Shown here in pieces: positions 48,851-59,030 of a stretch of 64,000 nt of DNA. The DNA is from Nitrospirota bacterium (GTDB lineage: Bacteria; Nitrospirota; UBA9217). The stretch lies in NCBI GenBank assembly GCA_963663225.1, contig OY760142.1, forward strand, positions 2,240,001 to 2,304,000. The letters are read 5' to 3'. The number at the start of each line of letters is the position of its first letter. Positions within the stretch are counted from its first letter, which is position 1. The translations under genes and the position numbers were made by a program. Below the pieces are notes generated by a model. The model did no database searches and had not been told where the DNA came from. It saw nothing but the letters and a program-made list of their open reading frames with translations.

Positions 48851-49039
48851 ATGTATAAGATTGAAATTCTTGAAAAAAAACGCCTGGAAAGAGGCTTGAG
48901 CTATACGGATATTGCAGATAAACTAGGTATGCACAAGGTAACGGTTTCGAGAACGTTGCAGGGAGTTACGATGAAGCCCCGAACCGTAAAATTACTGGCG
49001 GATTACCTCGGTGTCGAGATGGATAAGATTATCCAGTGA
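48851..49039 (+). CDS. Cro-like XRE HTH protein (62 aa)
   Basis: RLERGLSYTDIADKLGMHKVTVSR...LADYLGV. RBS GGAGG. Confidence 0.83.
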   Translation: MYKIEILEKKRLERGLSYTDIADKLGMHKVTVSRTLQGVTMKPRTVKLLADYLGVEMDKIIQ

Positions 49040-49101
49040 TTTAAAAATCTTTTTTGTGCAGCTAACGTATAAAATTATAATACTGTTGGATATTACAGTT
49101 G

Positions 49102-49140
49102 AAAACAGGGTAGGGCTTAAACGCCCTACCCTGTTTTTTT
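49102..49140 (+). terminator. Intrinsic (probably bidirectional) terminator
   Basis: AAAACAGGGTAGGGC-TTAAAC-GCCCTACCCTGTTTTTTT. Confidence 0.85.
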
Positions 49141-49317
49141 GAGATTTGGGGGAAATGTGGTATTATTTCAGGGCTATTTCTCTAAAAAAATATGTTGCGT
49201 GTGCTGTTCCATGACACATGAATATCGTCGTATGTGAACCGAATGCACTTGGTAGCTGTCTAAAGTACAGTTTTACGTTTGCGATTATGGCATTTTTTAA
49301 AATGGTGAGGATATCGA

Positions 49318-50100
49318 ATGAGTGATTTCATGACTGTTGCGCGGAATGCAGCTTACAGCGCAGGAAAAATTCTGAAAGACAACATCGCTGGGACGCGTCA
49401 GATTATTCATAAAGGAGAGATTAATCTGGTGACCGAGATGGATATGCGTTCAGAGCGGGCTGTAGTGGAAATCCTCCATTCTTTTTTCCCGGATCACGGC
49501 ATAATTGCCGAGGAAGAAACGAACATTCAGAACGGATCGGCGTTCACCTGGATTATTGACCCCCTGGATGGCACAACGAATTATGCTCATGGATATCCCT
49601 GTTTCTCCGTGTCGATCGCGCTTCAACGAGAGGGAGAGGTCATTCTCGGTGTGGTTTACGATCCTATGCGGGATGAATTGTTTTCTGCGCAAAAGGGGCG
49701 CGGGGCCGAGTTAAATGGAAGGCTGATCAAAGTTTCAAGCGTGGACAGGCTTCTTTTGAGTCTTCTTGCCACAGGCTTTCCCTATGATCGTAAGACGAGT
49801 GAAAAAAATAATTTAAAATACTTTCGCGAACTCCTTATGGCATCTCAGGAAGTACGTCGGGATGGCTCCGCTGCGCTGGATCTCTGTTCGGTGGCATGCG
49901 GACGATTTGATGGATTTTGGGAGCTAAAACTGAAACCCTGGGACGTAGCTGCCGGAAGTGTTATTGTTCGGGAAGCTGGCGGTGTCATCTCTAATTTTTC
50001 CGGCAGCAGCTTCAGCTTGCATGAGGAAGAGATTCTGGCGAGCAACGGCAAGATACACGGCCAGATGCTGGAGATACTGAACAACATTGGGAAAAACTAG
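49318..50100 (+). CDS. suhB: Inositol monophosphatase family protein SuhB
   Basis: WIIDPLDGTTNY, TGFPYD, RRDGSAALDL, WDVAAG. Confidence 0.92.
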   Translation: MSDFMTVARNAAYSAGKILKDNIAGTRQIIHKGEINLVTEMDMRSERAVVEILHSFFPDHGIIAEEETNIQNGSAFTWIIDPLDGTTNYAHGYPCFSVSIALQREGEVILGVVYDPMRDELFSAQKGRGAELNGRLIKVSSVDRLLLSLLATGFPYDRKTSEKNNLKYFRELLMASQEVRRDGSAALDLCSVACGRFDGFWELKLKPWDVAAGSVIVREAGGVISNFSGSSFSLHEEEILASNGKIHGQMLEILNNIGKN

Positions 50101-50115
50101 AAATCCGTCGTCAGC

Positions 50116-51228
50116 TTAAAAGTTATCCACTACGTCCTTTAATGTTTTTATTCCCCAGGTCAACTGCTCGGTTTTGCAGGCAGGAAAGGTCAGTCGAATC
50201 CACAAACCGGCCTTTCGTTTTTCTTCCAGCAAATTAGGCGCAACGGTACCCCAGCCTTCGGCGATGTTGACACCTGCCTCTTTGGCTGCATTCAGAAAGT
50301 TTTTTTCCTTATCACGGGTTATTTTTTGCAGACTGATTGTGGCAAAAAACCCCCCCGCAAGCTTCGTGGAATAAGCACCGGGGAAATGAGTCTGCAGAGA
50401 AATATTCAGCGCGTCCATTTTGGGTTTGTAGAGACCGAGCAAGTATTCAAGATAGGCGGCATACTTGCCTGTTTCCATAAAATCAGCTATGAACGCCTGG
50501 GTCGGCAGGTTAGGATTCAACCGGGTATTACTTACGATTTTTTCCATGTGGTCCAATTTATTTTTTGGAAGAACCAGATAGCCGCACTTCGTGCCGGGGG
50601 AAATGGTTTTTGTGAATGAATTCATAAGAACAGGCCCTTCTTCTGAAACATACACCGGGTCGTTCTTGTTTGTATCGTAGCGCAGGGCTTCATAGCAAAT
50701 ATCCCATGCACACAGCATACCGTGTTTTTTGCACAATTCTTCCACGGCCGCGCGGTTTTCCGCGGTATAGGTAATGCCTGTAGGATTATGATGGTAGGGG
50801 ATGCCGTAGAAAGCGGCGGCGGATACGTTCTTCGCTTGAGCTTTTAAATCGTCGATATCCAATCCTTCAGCGGTCATTTTGATTCCGACCAGTTTATGAC
50901 CGTACTGCAATGCATCGAAGATGACCCGATCATACGTCGTTTCTTCAATCAGGATGACGCTTTCTCTCGGCAGAGCTTTGAAAAAAAGGGAAATGACCTC
51001 CATTCCGCCATTGCCGACAATGACTCTCGACGGATCGACACTGTGCATGTTGCCGAGAATCTCCCTCAGCTGACGGAACCCTGAAAAATGTCCATATTGG
51101 AGCACTTCGATGCCGTAACGCTTCCAGACTTTTTCGTATCCTTCGGATACCATGGGCAGAAGATGGGATAGCGCTTCTTCTGCCGGAACGCCACGCAGGA
51201 AATTTGCTGTCATAGGTTTTTGATTCAC
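50116..51228 (-). CDS. PLP-dependent aminotransferase class I/II (MocR/AAT-like catalytic domain)
   Basis: NPTG, DICY, SFTKTISPG. RBS GAGGTG before GTG. Confidence 0.82.
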   Translation of the reverse strand: MNQKPMTANFLRGVPAEEALSHLLPMVSEGYEKVWKRYGIEVLQYGHFSGFRQLREILGNMHSVDPSRVIVGNGGMEVISLFFKALPRESVILIEETTYDRVIFDALQYGHKLVGIKMTAEGLDIDDLKAQAKNVSAAAFYGIPYHHNPTGITYTAENRAAVEELCKKHGMLCAWDICYEALRYDTNKNDPVYVSEEGPVLMNSFTKTISPGTKCGYLVLPKNKLDHMEKIVSNTRLNPNLPTQAFIADFMETGKYAAYLEYLLGLYKPKMDALNISLQTHFPGAYSTKLAGGFFATISLQKITRDKEKNFLNAAKEAGVNIAEGWGTVAPNLLEEKRKAGLWIRLTFPACKTEQLTWGIKTLKDVVDNF

Positions 51229-51506
51229 GGCAACACCTCATGAGATTAGAGATTTACTGAAAGTTTTAGGATTTTATCCATTTTTTATGGCGATGTCAAG
51301 AACCGGCAAAATAATAGAGGAAAAGAATTCCGATACATTTTTTCGGGGCCTTCAGAGCGTGATTTTCCAATGTTAAAAGATTGAAGCTTGACTTTCTTTT
51401 CTTTCTTCTCTATTCTTAAAAAAAATCGTAAAGCATAGCAATAAGGGTCTATTCGCTATAAAATCTGCTGCTAAAAGCGACAATTTAACCGGGGAGGATT
51501 TTTCCC

Positions 51507-52370
51507 ATGCAAAAAAAAATACTGTTTCTCATGGCACTGACGGTTTGTATTCTGCTCTCGGGAATTTCCCTTGCACGTGCGGATGCAGCATGTGCGGAAG
51601 TCTATGGAACGGGAGCCAACAGGTTTTCCCTTGCCACGGGCAGCCCCGGAGAACTCGGCTTGCTGAAGATTCTGGGCGAGACGTTCGGCAAACAGTCCAA
51701 TGCTGCACTCTGCTGGGTAAAAGCAGGGTCCGGCGAATCATTGCAGCTCCTGAAGGGAAAAAAGGTGGACATGATCATGGTCCATGCGCCTGATATGGAA
51801 AAGAAGGCTCTTGCAGAAGGCTGGGGTGCAAACCGGACGCTGATAGGATCGAATGAATTTTTTATCGTCGGTTGTAAGTCGGACACGGCAAAGATCGCCT
51901 CTGCAAAGAATGCGGTCGAAGCCTATGCCCGCATAGCAAAGTCACAGACAAAATTTTTCTCACGGGGAGATAATTCAGGCACGCACAAGAAGGAAATGGA
52001 CGTCTGGAAAAAAGCGGGTATTGCCCCATCCGGCTCCTGGTATATAGTCACGAAGGATTTTATGACTGCAACCTTGAATCGGGCGGATCTGGAAAAAGGG
52101 TATTTCATGACCGACAGCAGTACCTGGGTTGCGGAAAAGAAGAACCTGCGGAACCTCACGATTCTTTTCCGGGGGGACAAGTTTCTTGTAAACACCTACC
52201 ACGCCCTCTCAGTACCGGCTGGGCAGTCTGCCGGGGCGGAGACCGCAGCCAAATTTATTAGATTCGTGGCCTCAGAGCAGGGCCAGATGATTATTCGTGA
52301 TTTTGGAAAGGAATTATTCGGAGAAGGGCAGTATAACGATGCTGCATATGCTAAAAAATACGATGATTAG
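51507..52370 (+). CDS. Tungstate-binding protein TupA-like (divergent copy)
   Basis: Signal peptide, MVHAP, FFSRGDNSGTHKKE. Lacks the N-terminal TTTS motif (has ATGSPGE). Confidence 0.75.
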   Translation: MQKKILFLMALTVCILLSGISLARADAACAEVYGTGANRFSLATGSPGELGLLKILGETFGKQSNAALCWVKAGSGESLQLLKGKKVDMIMVHAPDMEKKALAEGWGANRTLIGSNEFFIVGCKSDTAKIASAKNAVEAYARIAKSQTKFFSRGDNSGTHKKEMDVWKKAGIAPSGSWYIVTKDFMTATLNRADLEKGYFMTDSSTWVAEKKNLRNLTILFRGDKFLVNTYHALSVPAGQSAGAETAAKFIRFVASEQGQMIIRDFGKELFGEGQYNDAAYAKKYDD

Positions 52371-52395
52371 CTTACGATAATCAAGGAGGATTGCT

Positions 52396-53226
52396 ATGAA
52401 ACTGAGCAAAAAATGGGCGTTTACTGTTTTTATATTGGTTCTCATGTGTATGGGGACTGCTGCAACAGCCTCTGCGGAAATACGGATACGTTGTGCGTCA
52501 ACAACAAGCACGCAAAATTCCGGCCTGTTTGACTACATCCTGCCGGTATTCGAGAAAAAAACGGGTATTAAAGTTGATGTTGTTGCCGTAGGCACCGGCG
52601 CTTCCATTGAGATAGGAAAACGGGGAGATGCTGATGTGGTTTTTGTGCATGCAAAGGACCTTGAACTCAAGGCGGTTCAGGACGGGTATTTCGTCAATCG
52701 TCATGATGTAATGTACAATGATTTTGTGGTCATCGGCCCGGCGGATGATCCGCAGAAGATCAAAAATATAAAATCAGTCAGTGATGCATTTAAAAAAATT
52801 GCAAATTCCGGCTCGTTTTTTGTCTCGCGGGGAGATAAATCCGGCACCCATACAAAAGAACTGTCCATCTGGAAATCAGCTGCTATAGTTCCGGCAGGCC
52901 AAAAATGGTATTTGGAAGCAGGGCAGGGGATGGAAAGAACGCAGAGAATTGCAAATGAAAAACGCGCATACACACTGACGGACAGAGGTACCTGGCTGGC
53001 CACAAAAGACAAGGACAGACTGGACATGATTATCGTTCTTGAAGGAGATCCCGTTCTATTCAATCAATACGGCGTCATGGCGGTGAACCCGGACAAGCAC
53101 AAGCATATAAAGTTCAAGGAAGCGATGGCGTTTGTCGATTGGCTCATATCGAAAGATGGACAGGACGTGATTGCTTCCTTCAAAGACAAGATGGGAAACC
53201 AGCTTTTTATGCCGAACGCGAAATAA
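52396..53226 (+). CDS. tupA: Tungstate ABC transporter substrate-binding protein
   Basis: STTSTQNSGL, VGTG, FVHA, SRGDKSGTH, GQGM, NQY. Confidence 0.9.
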   Translation: MKLSKKWAFTVFILVLMCMGTAATASAEIRIRCASTTSTQNSGLFDYILPVFEKKTGIKVDVVAVGTGASIEIGKRGDADVVFVHAKDLELKAVQDGYFVNRHDVMYNDFVVIGPADDPQKIKNIKSVSDAFKKIANSGSFFVSRGDKSGTHTKELSIWKSAAIVPAGQKWYLEAGQGMERTQRIANEKRAYTLTDRGTWLATKDKDRLDMIIVLEGDPVLFNQYGVMAVNPDKHKHIKFKEAMAFVDWLISKDGQDVIASFKDKMGNQLFMPNAK

Positions 53227-53243
53227 CCACGCAGCCATGCTTT

Positions 53244-53280
53244 CCTTCTCCCGCCAAATATAAGGCGGGAGAAGGGTTTT
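53244..53280 (+). terminator. Terminator after tupA
   Basis: CCTTCTCCCGCC-8 nt-GGCGGGAGAAGG-GTTTT. Confidence 0.7.
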
Positions 53281-53453
53281 CAGGCATTTCCCAGCATTCC
53301 ATACAACGCCCTCTCTTGTATCGTCCAAATAGTATGCATTTTTTTAAATCTTGACTGTAGTTATATCTCTGGACAATTGCCCGGTTATTCACTCCTGGGT
53401 CTGCTAAATTAAGGTATACTTATATCAAGAAAAGCAGAAAAGGAGGAAATCCC

Positions 53454-53660
53454 ATGAAACTGAGCACGCGAAACCAGATCAAGGGGAAAGTTGTGAACGT
53501 CAAAAAGGGAGCTGTTATGGCATTGGTTAAAATCGATATCGGCGGAGGGAATATTCTGACTGCTGCCATTACGGTAGATGCTGTTGACGATCTCGGGTTA
53601 AAAGACGGTGATTCGGTAACCGCGCTTATCAAATCAAGCAGTATTATGGTGGGGAAATAG
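53454..53660 (+). CDS. Molybdate/tungstate-binding TOBE protein (molbindin Mop)
   Basis: STRNQIKGKV, ITVDAVDDLGL, ALIKSS. RBS AGGAGG. Confidence 0.92.
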   Translation: MKLSTRNQIKGKVVNVKKGAVMALVKIDIGGGNILTAAITVDAVDDLGLKDGDSVTALIKSSSIMVGK

Positions 53661-53837
53661 CACTCAGGGTGTTGCCTGTGCTCCTCAAAAGTTACTGCTT
53701 GCGACTTTAGCCGGTATTTTCGCAAACAGAGAAGGATGCCTGTATCATTTATCAAAAAAAAGCATATGATTGAAACGGCGCAATAAAGTGCTCTCTTGTG
53801 CTGCTCAATCATATGCCGTGGTCATTTTAATGCTGTT

Positions 53838-54377
53838 TTAACCGCCGCTATTAAGCGCCATACCAACTTCCGGATCAATGTTTATCCATGCACGCACTGT
53901 GTTGCCCTTGAGCGTGTAATGTGTATCAACAACATCCGGTGTGCCGAATCTCAAGGGATCATATAACGATTTTACCTCGAATCCAAGGATCGCTCCGTCA
54001 GCACTCATAATTTTCACCAACTGTGTTTGTTCGGAATCAATATTGCTCCCGAGAAACTTCTCAGCTTCGGCCAATGCCGCTTCTGCTGAAAGGCCCTTAA
54101 CGACCTTGTAGTCAATGCCGCGCGCTGCAATCTCAAAAGCGTGCCCATCGCTCTCCGGTTTCAGAATAGCGACATTTTCGGGATCACTGGCACTAACGCC
54201 TCCATACAACATGAGGGTGAAGGTCCCCTGTACTTCAGATCTATCTGCTAGCCTTGTTTTAAGCCCCGCAGCAGACGCATTAGAAGCAAGGCTGAAAACA
54301 AAAAACGTCGCGGCAACCATTACGAACAGACGCGTGAATGTTCGCCGATTGATAAATTTTGCATACTGTGAACTCAT
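53838..54377 (-). CDS. Hypothetical exported protein
   Basis: RBS AAAGGAG, signal peptide with RR and ASA cleavage site. Confidence 0.7.
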   Translation of the reverse strand: MSSQYAKFINRRTFTRLFVMVAATFFVFSLASNASAAGLKTRLADRSEVQGTFTLMLYGGVSASDPENVAILKPESDGHAFEIAARGIDYKVVKGLSAEAALAEAEKFLGSNIDSEQTQLVKIMSADGAILGFEVKSLYDPLRFGTPDVVDTHYTLKGNTVRAWINIDPEVGMALNSGG

Positions 54378-54574
54378 GGTGTGTACTCCTTTCAAGTGTT
54401 TCGTTGTTGCGATTCTTTGAAACAATTATAGCATACGTGTCAAGTTGGTTGTCAAGAATGTTTGTAAAAAATATTCAGCCGGTGGAAGCTCGTACTTTTT
54501 TGCTACGCATGGCGTTTCATTTTTGAACGAAGTGGCACAGCTTCGCGCCGGCTGTTGGTTTGCTTCGCCGCGAG

Positions 54575-55462
54575 TCAAGCAGCATGCGTCAAAGAGGTCT
54601 TCCAGGCACCCATAATTTCTTTCACGAAATCCTGAAACGTATGGGGGGCATGCCCGAGAAGTTTTTTCTGGGTCTCAAGATAGGACGGGTCGGCCGCCAT
54701 TCCGTGAGTCTGAAAATATTGATACATTGTGCGGAGATTGCTTATCTGCCAACCGGGAAGTACATTTTTGACCGACAACTCCCATATATCCAAATCATTC
54801 CCGTTGTACCGTATTTCCTTCCCTCCATAGTTGCTGTAAAGCAGGGCAATATCTTTGCCCGTAAGCCTGTCCGGTCCATGAATATTGTAGGTTTTGCCGT
54901 CGTAATCAGACTTCATGAGCGCATGCACCGCGCAATCGGCGACATCGCGAACATCAACACGATTCAGTCCTATCGCACCAAGCGGTATCGGATATATGCC
55001 AGCACGCATGATCGGTTCATGCAGCAGTGTGTCGTTTTGGAAAAAATTGTTCGGTCTCAATATTGTATAGGGTACCCCTGATTTTACTACTGCATTTTCG
55101 ATCGGAATTTTGCTGCTGAAGTGTGGTATTGCATCCGATCCCTCCGGCATGTAGACTGACAAATACACAATTTTCTGAACATGTGCATTTTTTGCTGCAT
55201 CAATTACGCCTACACCCTGCTTGGTTTCATTCAAACCAGCTGGCACCAGCAGAAAGACGGCATCCACTCTACTCATGGCGTCTTCTATGGTTACGGGTTT
55301 GCCGAAATCAGCAACATACTCCCGCGTCCCGCATGGCAGGCCCAGGGCCCTCGCCGCAGAACGATTGCGCGTCATGCATCGAACATTCACACCTTGTCCT
55401 GCCAGACCCCGCATAACGTGATAACCTGTTTTCCCGGTGCATCCGGTAACTAGTATTTTCAT
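54575..55462 (-). CDS. NmrA-like/atypical SDR NAD(P)-binding protein
   Basis: ILVTGCTGKTG, TILRPNNFFQN, VDVRDVA. Confidence 0.88.
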   Translation of the reverse strand: MKILVTGCTGKTGYHVMRGLAGQGVNVRCMTRNRSAARALGLPCGTREYVADFGKPVTIEDAMSRVDAVFLLVPAGLNETKQGVGVIDAAKNAHVQKIVYLSVYMPEGSDAIPHFSSKIPIENAVVKSGVPYTILRPNNFFQNDTLLHEPIMRAGIYPIPLGAIGLNRVDVRDVADCAVHALMKSDYDGKTYNIHGPDRLTGKDIALLYSNYGGKEIRYNGNDLDIWELSVKNVLPGWQISNLRTMYQYFQTHGMAADPSYLETQKKLLGHAPHTFQDFVKEIMGAWKTSLTHAA

Positions 55463-55712
55463 AGTGAGCCCTCCTTCTCGTATCTGATGGGCGCATTCGC
55501 GGAAGACAAAACATTTACGTTCTCATGCTTTGATGCTTCCGGCGCTTTGCCTGTCTACTATAATTTAATCACCACTTGATCAGACTGTCAAATAGGGATT
55601 AATTATATCCTGTTTTTTTCTGCGAAAAAAAATCTCCGGTTCTCGCCGGAGATGGACGGGTGTTTTACACTCCCAGTAGGCTATCCGGCCTCATCATGCT
55701 ATAATAGCAATC

Positions 55713-56690
55713 ATGCCGATTATCCCAACTTCATCTTACTGTGCACCGTTTCTGTTCTGGAATGGACATCTTCAGACAATTTTCCCGTCTCTGATGAGAA
55801 GATTAAACGGAAATTTCTATCAACGTGAACGCATCGAAACGCTGGACAATGATTTTCTGGACATCGACTGGGCCTGTGTCGGGAGCAGAAAACTCGCTGT
55901 TCTCTCGCACGGTCTGGAGGGGAACTCGCACCGGCCCTACGTGGTCGGCATGGCAAACATGCTGAACCGCAACGGATGGGATGCTGCAGCCTGGAATTAT
56001 CGGGGGTGTTCAGGTGAGATCAACCGGCAGCTGCGAATGTATCATAACGGCTCCATTGATGATCTGGACTGTGTCGTCCGGCATATATTGCAAACCAACC
56101 GGTACGACACGCTTGCGCTTATCGGTTACAGCCTCGGCGGCAATCTGACGCTGGTGTATTTGGGCTGCAAAGGAAACGATCTTGACAGAAGAGTGCGGAA
56201 ATCCGTGGTTTTTTCCGCGCCCTGCGACCTGGAAGCAAGCGCCCGGAAACTGACAAGATTGGAAAACAGACTTTATATGGAAAATTTTCTGGCTTCCCTG
56301 CACGAAAAAATCAAGGCAAAAATGAAAAGATTTCCTGACCAGATTCATGATGACGGCTACAATCAGATAAAAACCTTCAAAGACTTCGATGACCGCTATA
56401 CGGCTCCTATTCATGGCTTTAAAGATGCTGAAGATTACTGGCATACATGCAGCAGTGCGCAATACATACCGGGGATTAAAATTCCCACTCTTATTGTGAA
56501 TGCCTCAAATGATCCCTTTCTTGCGGGAGACTGTTATCCCGTTAAACAGGCGTCAGCCAGCACCACTGTTTTTTTGGAAATGCCGGAGCATGGCGGGCAT
56601 GTTGGTTTCGTACAATTTAATAAAAATAAAACCTATTGGTCCGAGGACCGAGCAATGTCTTTTTTGCAGCAGGGTCCTCAAATATTTTAA
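55713..56690 (+). CDS. YheT family alpha/beta hydrolase
   Basis: NGHLQT, HGLEG, GYSLGG, NDPF, GGHVGF. Confidence 0.9.
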   Translation: MPIIPTSSYCAPFLFWNGHLQTIFPSLMRRLNGNFYQRERIETLDNDFLDIDWACVGSRKLAVLSHGLEGNSHRPYVVGMANMLNRNGWDAAAWNYRGCSGEINRQLRMYHNGSIDDLDCVVRHILQTNRYDTLALIGYSLGGNLTLVYLGCKGNDLDRRVRKSVVFSAPCDLEASARKLTRLENRLYMENFLASLHEKIKAKMKRFPDQIHDDGYNQIKTFKDFDDRYTAPIHGFKDAEDYWHTCSSAQYIPGIKIPTLIVNASNDPFLAGDCYPVKQASASTTVFLEMPEHGGHVGFVQFNKNKTYWSEDRAMSFLQQGPQIF

Positions 56691-56849
56691 GATATGAACA
56701 TGGTTGGTTTTTTATGTAGAAATCCCTCCTCCAGTATCCATCCAGCAAAATCCATTGTGTGGTACCTTAAATTTTATCAATGTATACAAATAACATGGTA
56801 TACTAGTCACTACAAAGAAGTTCACGATAATCAACTAAGGAGGTCGGTC

Positions 56850-57608
56850 ATGAGGAAAAGTGCATTTTTTTGTTTTTTTGTGTCTTCAATGATAGTCATG
56901 TTTTTCGGTTTAAGCATAGCCACGGCGGATGAGGTGCGCTTAAACGGCGCAGCCACTGTAGCGGACCGGGTTGTTACCCCCCTTAAAAGCACGGTAGAAA
57001 AAGCGACCGGTGACAAGCTTATTGTTGTGGTAAATAACGCGGGCAAGGGATTGATTGATCTTGTTGAGGGCAGATGTGATGCCTCCATGTCTTCGGCATC
57101 TCTGGAAACCACTGTCCAGGCCGCAAAAACGGCCGGCAAAGAAGTTGACATCGCCAAACTAAAAATGCATCTACTGAAAAGCGATGAAATTGCCTTTATT
57201 GTCAATTCATCAAACACCGTTGTCGGCCTGACGCTGGAACAGATCAAGGATATTCATACCGGGAAAATAAAAAATTGGCAGGAAGTGGGGGGAAAAGACC
57301 TTCCCATCGTCGTTGTTACGGATTCGCTCACGAGCGCGACACGGGGTTTTATTAAACAGGCGGTGCTCAGCGGTTCAGAATACGTACAAAATGCCGTGGT
57401 TCTCGATAATATAAATAAAATGAATGACGCGATTGCCAACACACCGGGCGGTATTGGCGGGATAGGCAAAGGATTTGTTGATATGAACAAAGTGAAGATT
57501 ATTAAATCCGGAACCGTCAACAGACCGCTTGGGCTTATAACGATTGGAGAACCTTCAAAAAAGGTGCAAAGGGTCATTGAGGCATACAAGGCCGCGGCCC
57601 AAAAGTGA
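56850..57608 (+). CDS. PstS-like periplasmic substrate-binding protein
   Basis: Signal peptide, GKGLIDL, LTLEQIKDIHTGKIKNWQEVGGKDLPI. RBS AGGAGG. Confidence 0.78.
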   Translation: MRKSAFFCFFVSSMIVMFFGLSIATADEVRLNGAATVADRVVTPLKSTVEKATGDKLIVVVNNAGKGLIDLVEGRCDASMSSASLETTVQAAKTAGKEVDIAKLKMHLLKSDEIAFIVNSSNTVVGLTLEQIKDIHTGKIKNWQEVGGKDLPIVVVTDSLTSATRGFIKQAVLSGSEYVQNAVVLDNINKMNDAIANTPGGIGGIGKGFVDMNKVKIIKSGTVNRPLGLITIGEPSKKVQRVIEAYKAAAQK

Positions 57609-57639
57609 AAATCAGCATATATATTTAGAGGAGGAACAC

Positions 57640-58797
57640 GTGTCAGAGAAAAGAATTGCCCTTGTCACTGGTGACGGGGCAGGGCCGGATATGATGGCAG
57701 TGGCGTGTAAAATCGTCGTCAAAGCCGCAAAAATGGACGGGATGGACATTATTTTCGAGGAAACCCCTATGGGGTGGAATGCCTATGAAAAATATGGAGA
57801 CACATTGCCCCCGCAGTTCTTCAAGAGAGCAGTGGAGATCGGCACCATATTTTTCGGGGGAGTGGGAGATCCGAAATTCGACACCACGATCGGCGCAGAG
57901 AAGCCTGAGATGAGACCTGAGGCCCGCGCATTGCTTGCAATTCGGAGCGCCATGGGGTTGCTGTTGAATTTTCGTCCCATGATATATTATAAGTCGCTTG
58001 CTTCGCTGGCCAACGTGAAACCCGAAATGATACCGGATGAGGGCATCCAGCAGATATGGATACGCTATCTGCTGGAGGACAGTTATTTTGGAAATCAGGA
58101 CTTTATCAACGACATTCCGGCTGATATTGCCGATAAATTCGGAATAAAGCTGAAAAAAACGGTGACAGGCAAGGAAGAGATCGTGTCGGATGTCGCTTAT
58201 TTCCGCAGAAGCACGATAGAAAAATACCTGCGCGCTGCTTTTTCCTATGCGCGAAAGCTCAACCTGCCGCTGATTTCCATTGACAAATCGAATGTCATGG
58301 CGCGGTATGATTTCTGGAGAAAAATCGCCACCCGCATCGGCAAGGAAGAATTCCCTGATGTCACACTCATTCACCAGCTTGTTGATTCGGCAAATGCACT
58401 TCTTTTTACGCCCGCAAAACTTCACGGCGTTATCGCCTGTGGAAACGAGCATGGAGATATTCTTTCGGATGGCGCCGCCTCAGCCCTCGGAAGCATGGGG
58501 ATGATGTGCAGCTCCGCCGTCAATCCTGACACCGGAGCCGCGATGTTCGAAAGCGGGGCCGGAACAGCCCCGACACTGGCCGGACAGGATAAGGCAAACC
58601 CGCTTGGCCGAATCCTTACGGGAGCCATGATGCTTCGTCATCTCGGGGCGGAAAAGGGAGCGAAATCCATTGAAACCGCGGTAAACAGCGTCTTACAGTC
58701 CGGTTACCGGACGGGAGATCTTTTATCAAAAGCAGATGATCCGAAGAAACTCATCGGAACTTCTACCATGGGAGAAAAAGTTCTTTCCTGCATGTGA
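57640..58797 (+). CDS. leuB: 3-isopropylmalate dehydrogenase (divergent)
   Basis: GDGAGP, LLAIR...NFRP, DKSNV, GDILSD, ANP...MML. GTG start after GAGGAGG. Confidence 0.78.
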   Translation: MSEKRIALVTGDGAGPDMMAVACKIVVKAAKMDGMDIIFEETPMGWNAYEKYGDTLPPQFFKRAVEIGTIFFGGVGDPKFDTTIGAEKPEMRPEARALLAIRSAMGLLLNFRPMIYYKSLASLANVKPEMIPDEGIQQIWIRYLLEDSYFGNQDFINDIPADIADKFGIKLKKTVTGKEEIVSDVAYFRRSTIEKYLRAAFSYARKLNLPLISIDKSNVMARYDFWRKIATRIGKEEFPDVTLIHQLVDSANALLFTPAKLHGVIACGNEHGDILSDGAASALGSMGMMCSSAVNPDTGAAMFESGAGTAPTLAGQDKANPLGRILTGAMMLRHLGAEKGAKSIETAVNSVLQSGYRTGDLLSKADDPKKLIGTSTMGEKVLSCM

Positions 58798-58808
58798 TGA
58801 TCAACTGC

Positions 58809-58842
58809 AAAGGTGCCGCTTTTGCGGGCGGCGCCTTTTTTT
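58809..58842 (+). terminator. Intrinsic terminator after leuB
   Basis: AAAGGTGCCGC...GCGGCGCCTTTTTTT. Confidence 0.78.
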
Positions 58843-59030
58843 ATTACCCTGCGACTGCTGGCGACCAATTAATACATCCTAATACATCGCTCACTTTTGC
58901 GGTACCTCTCCCTTAGTCTTGACAAAGAAAAATTGAATTGGTATATATAGGCGATATTTTATACACTATAACAACGTACAGAGCAGGGAGGCTCTTGCGC
59001 TGTACGGAGCCCAAAGAACGAGGTATTTGC

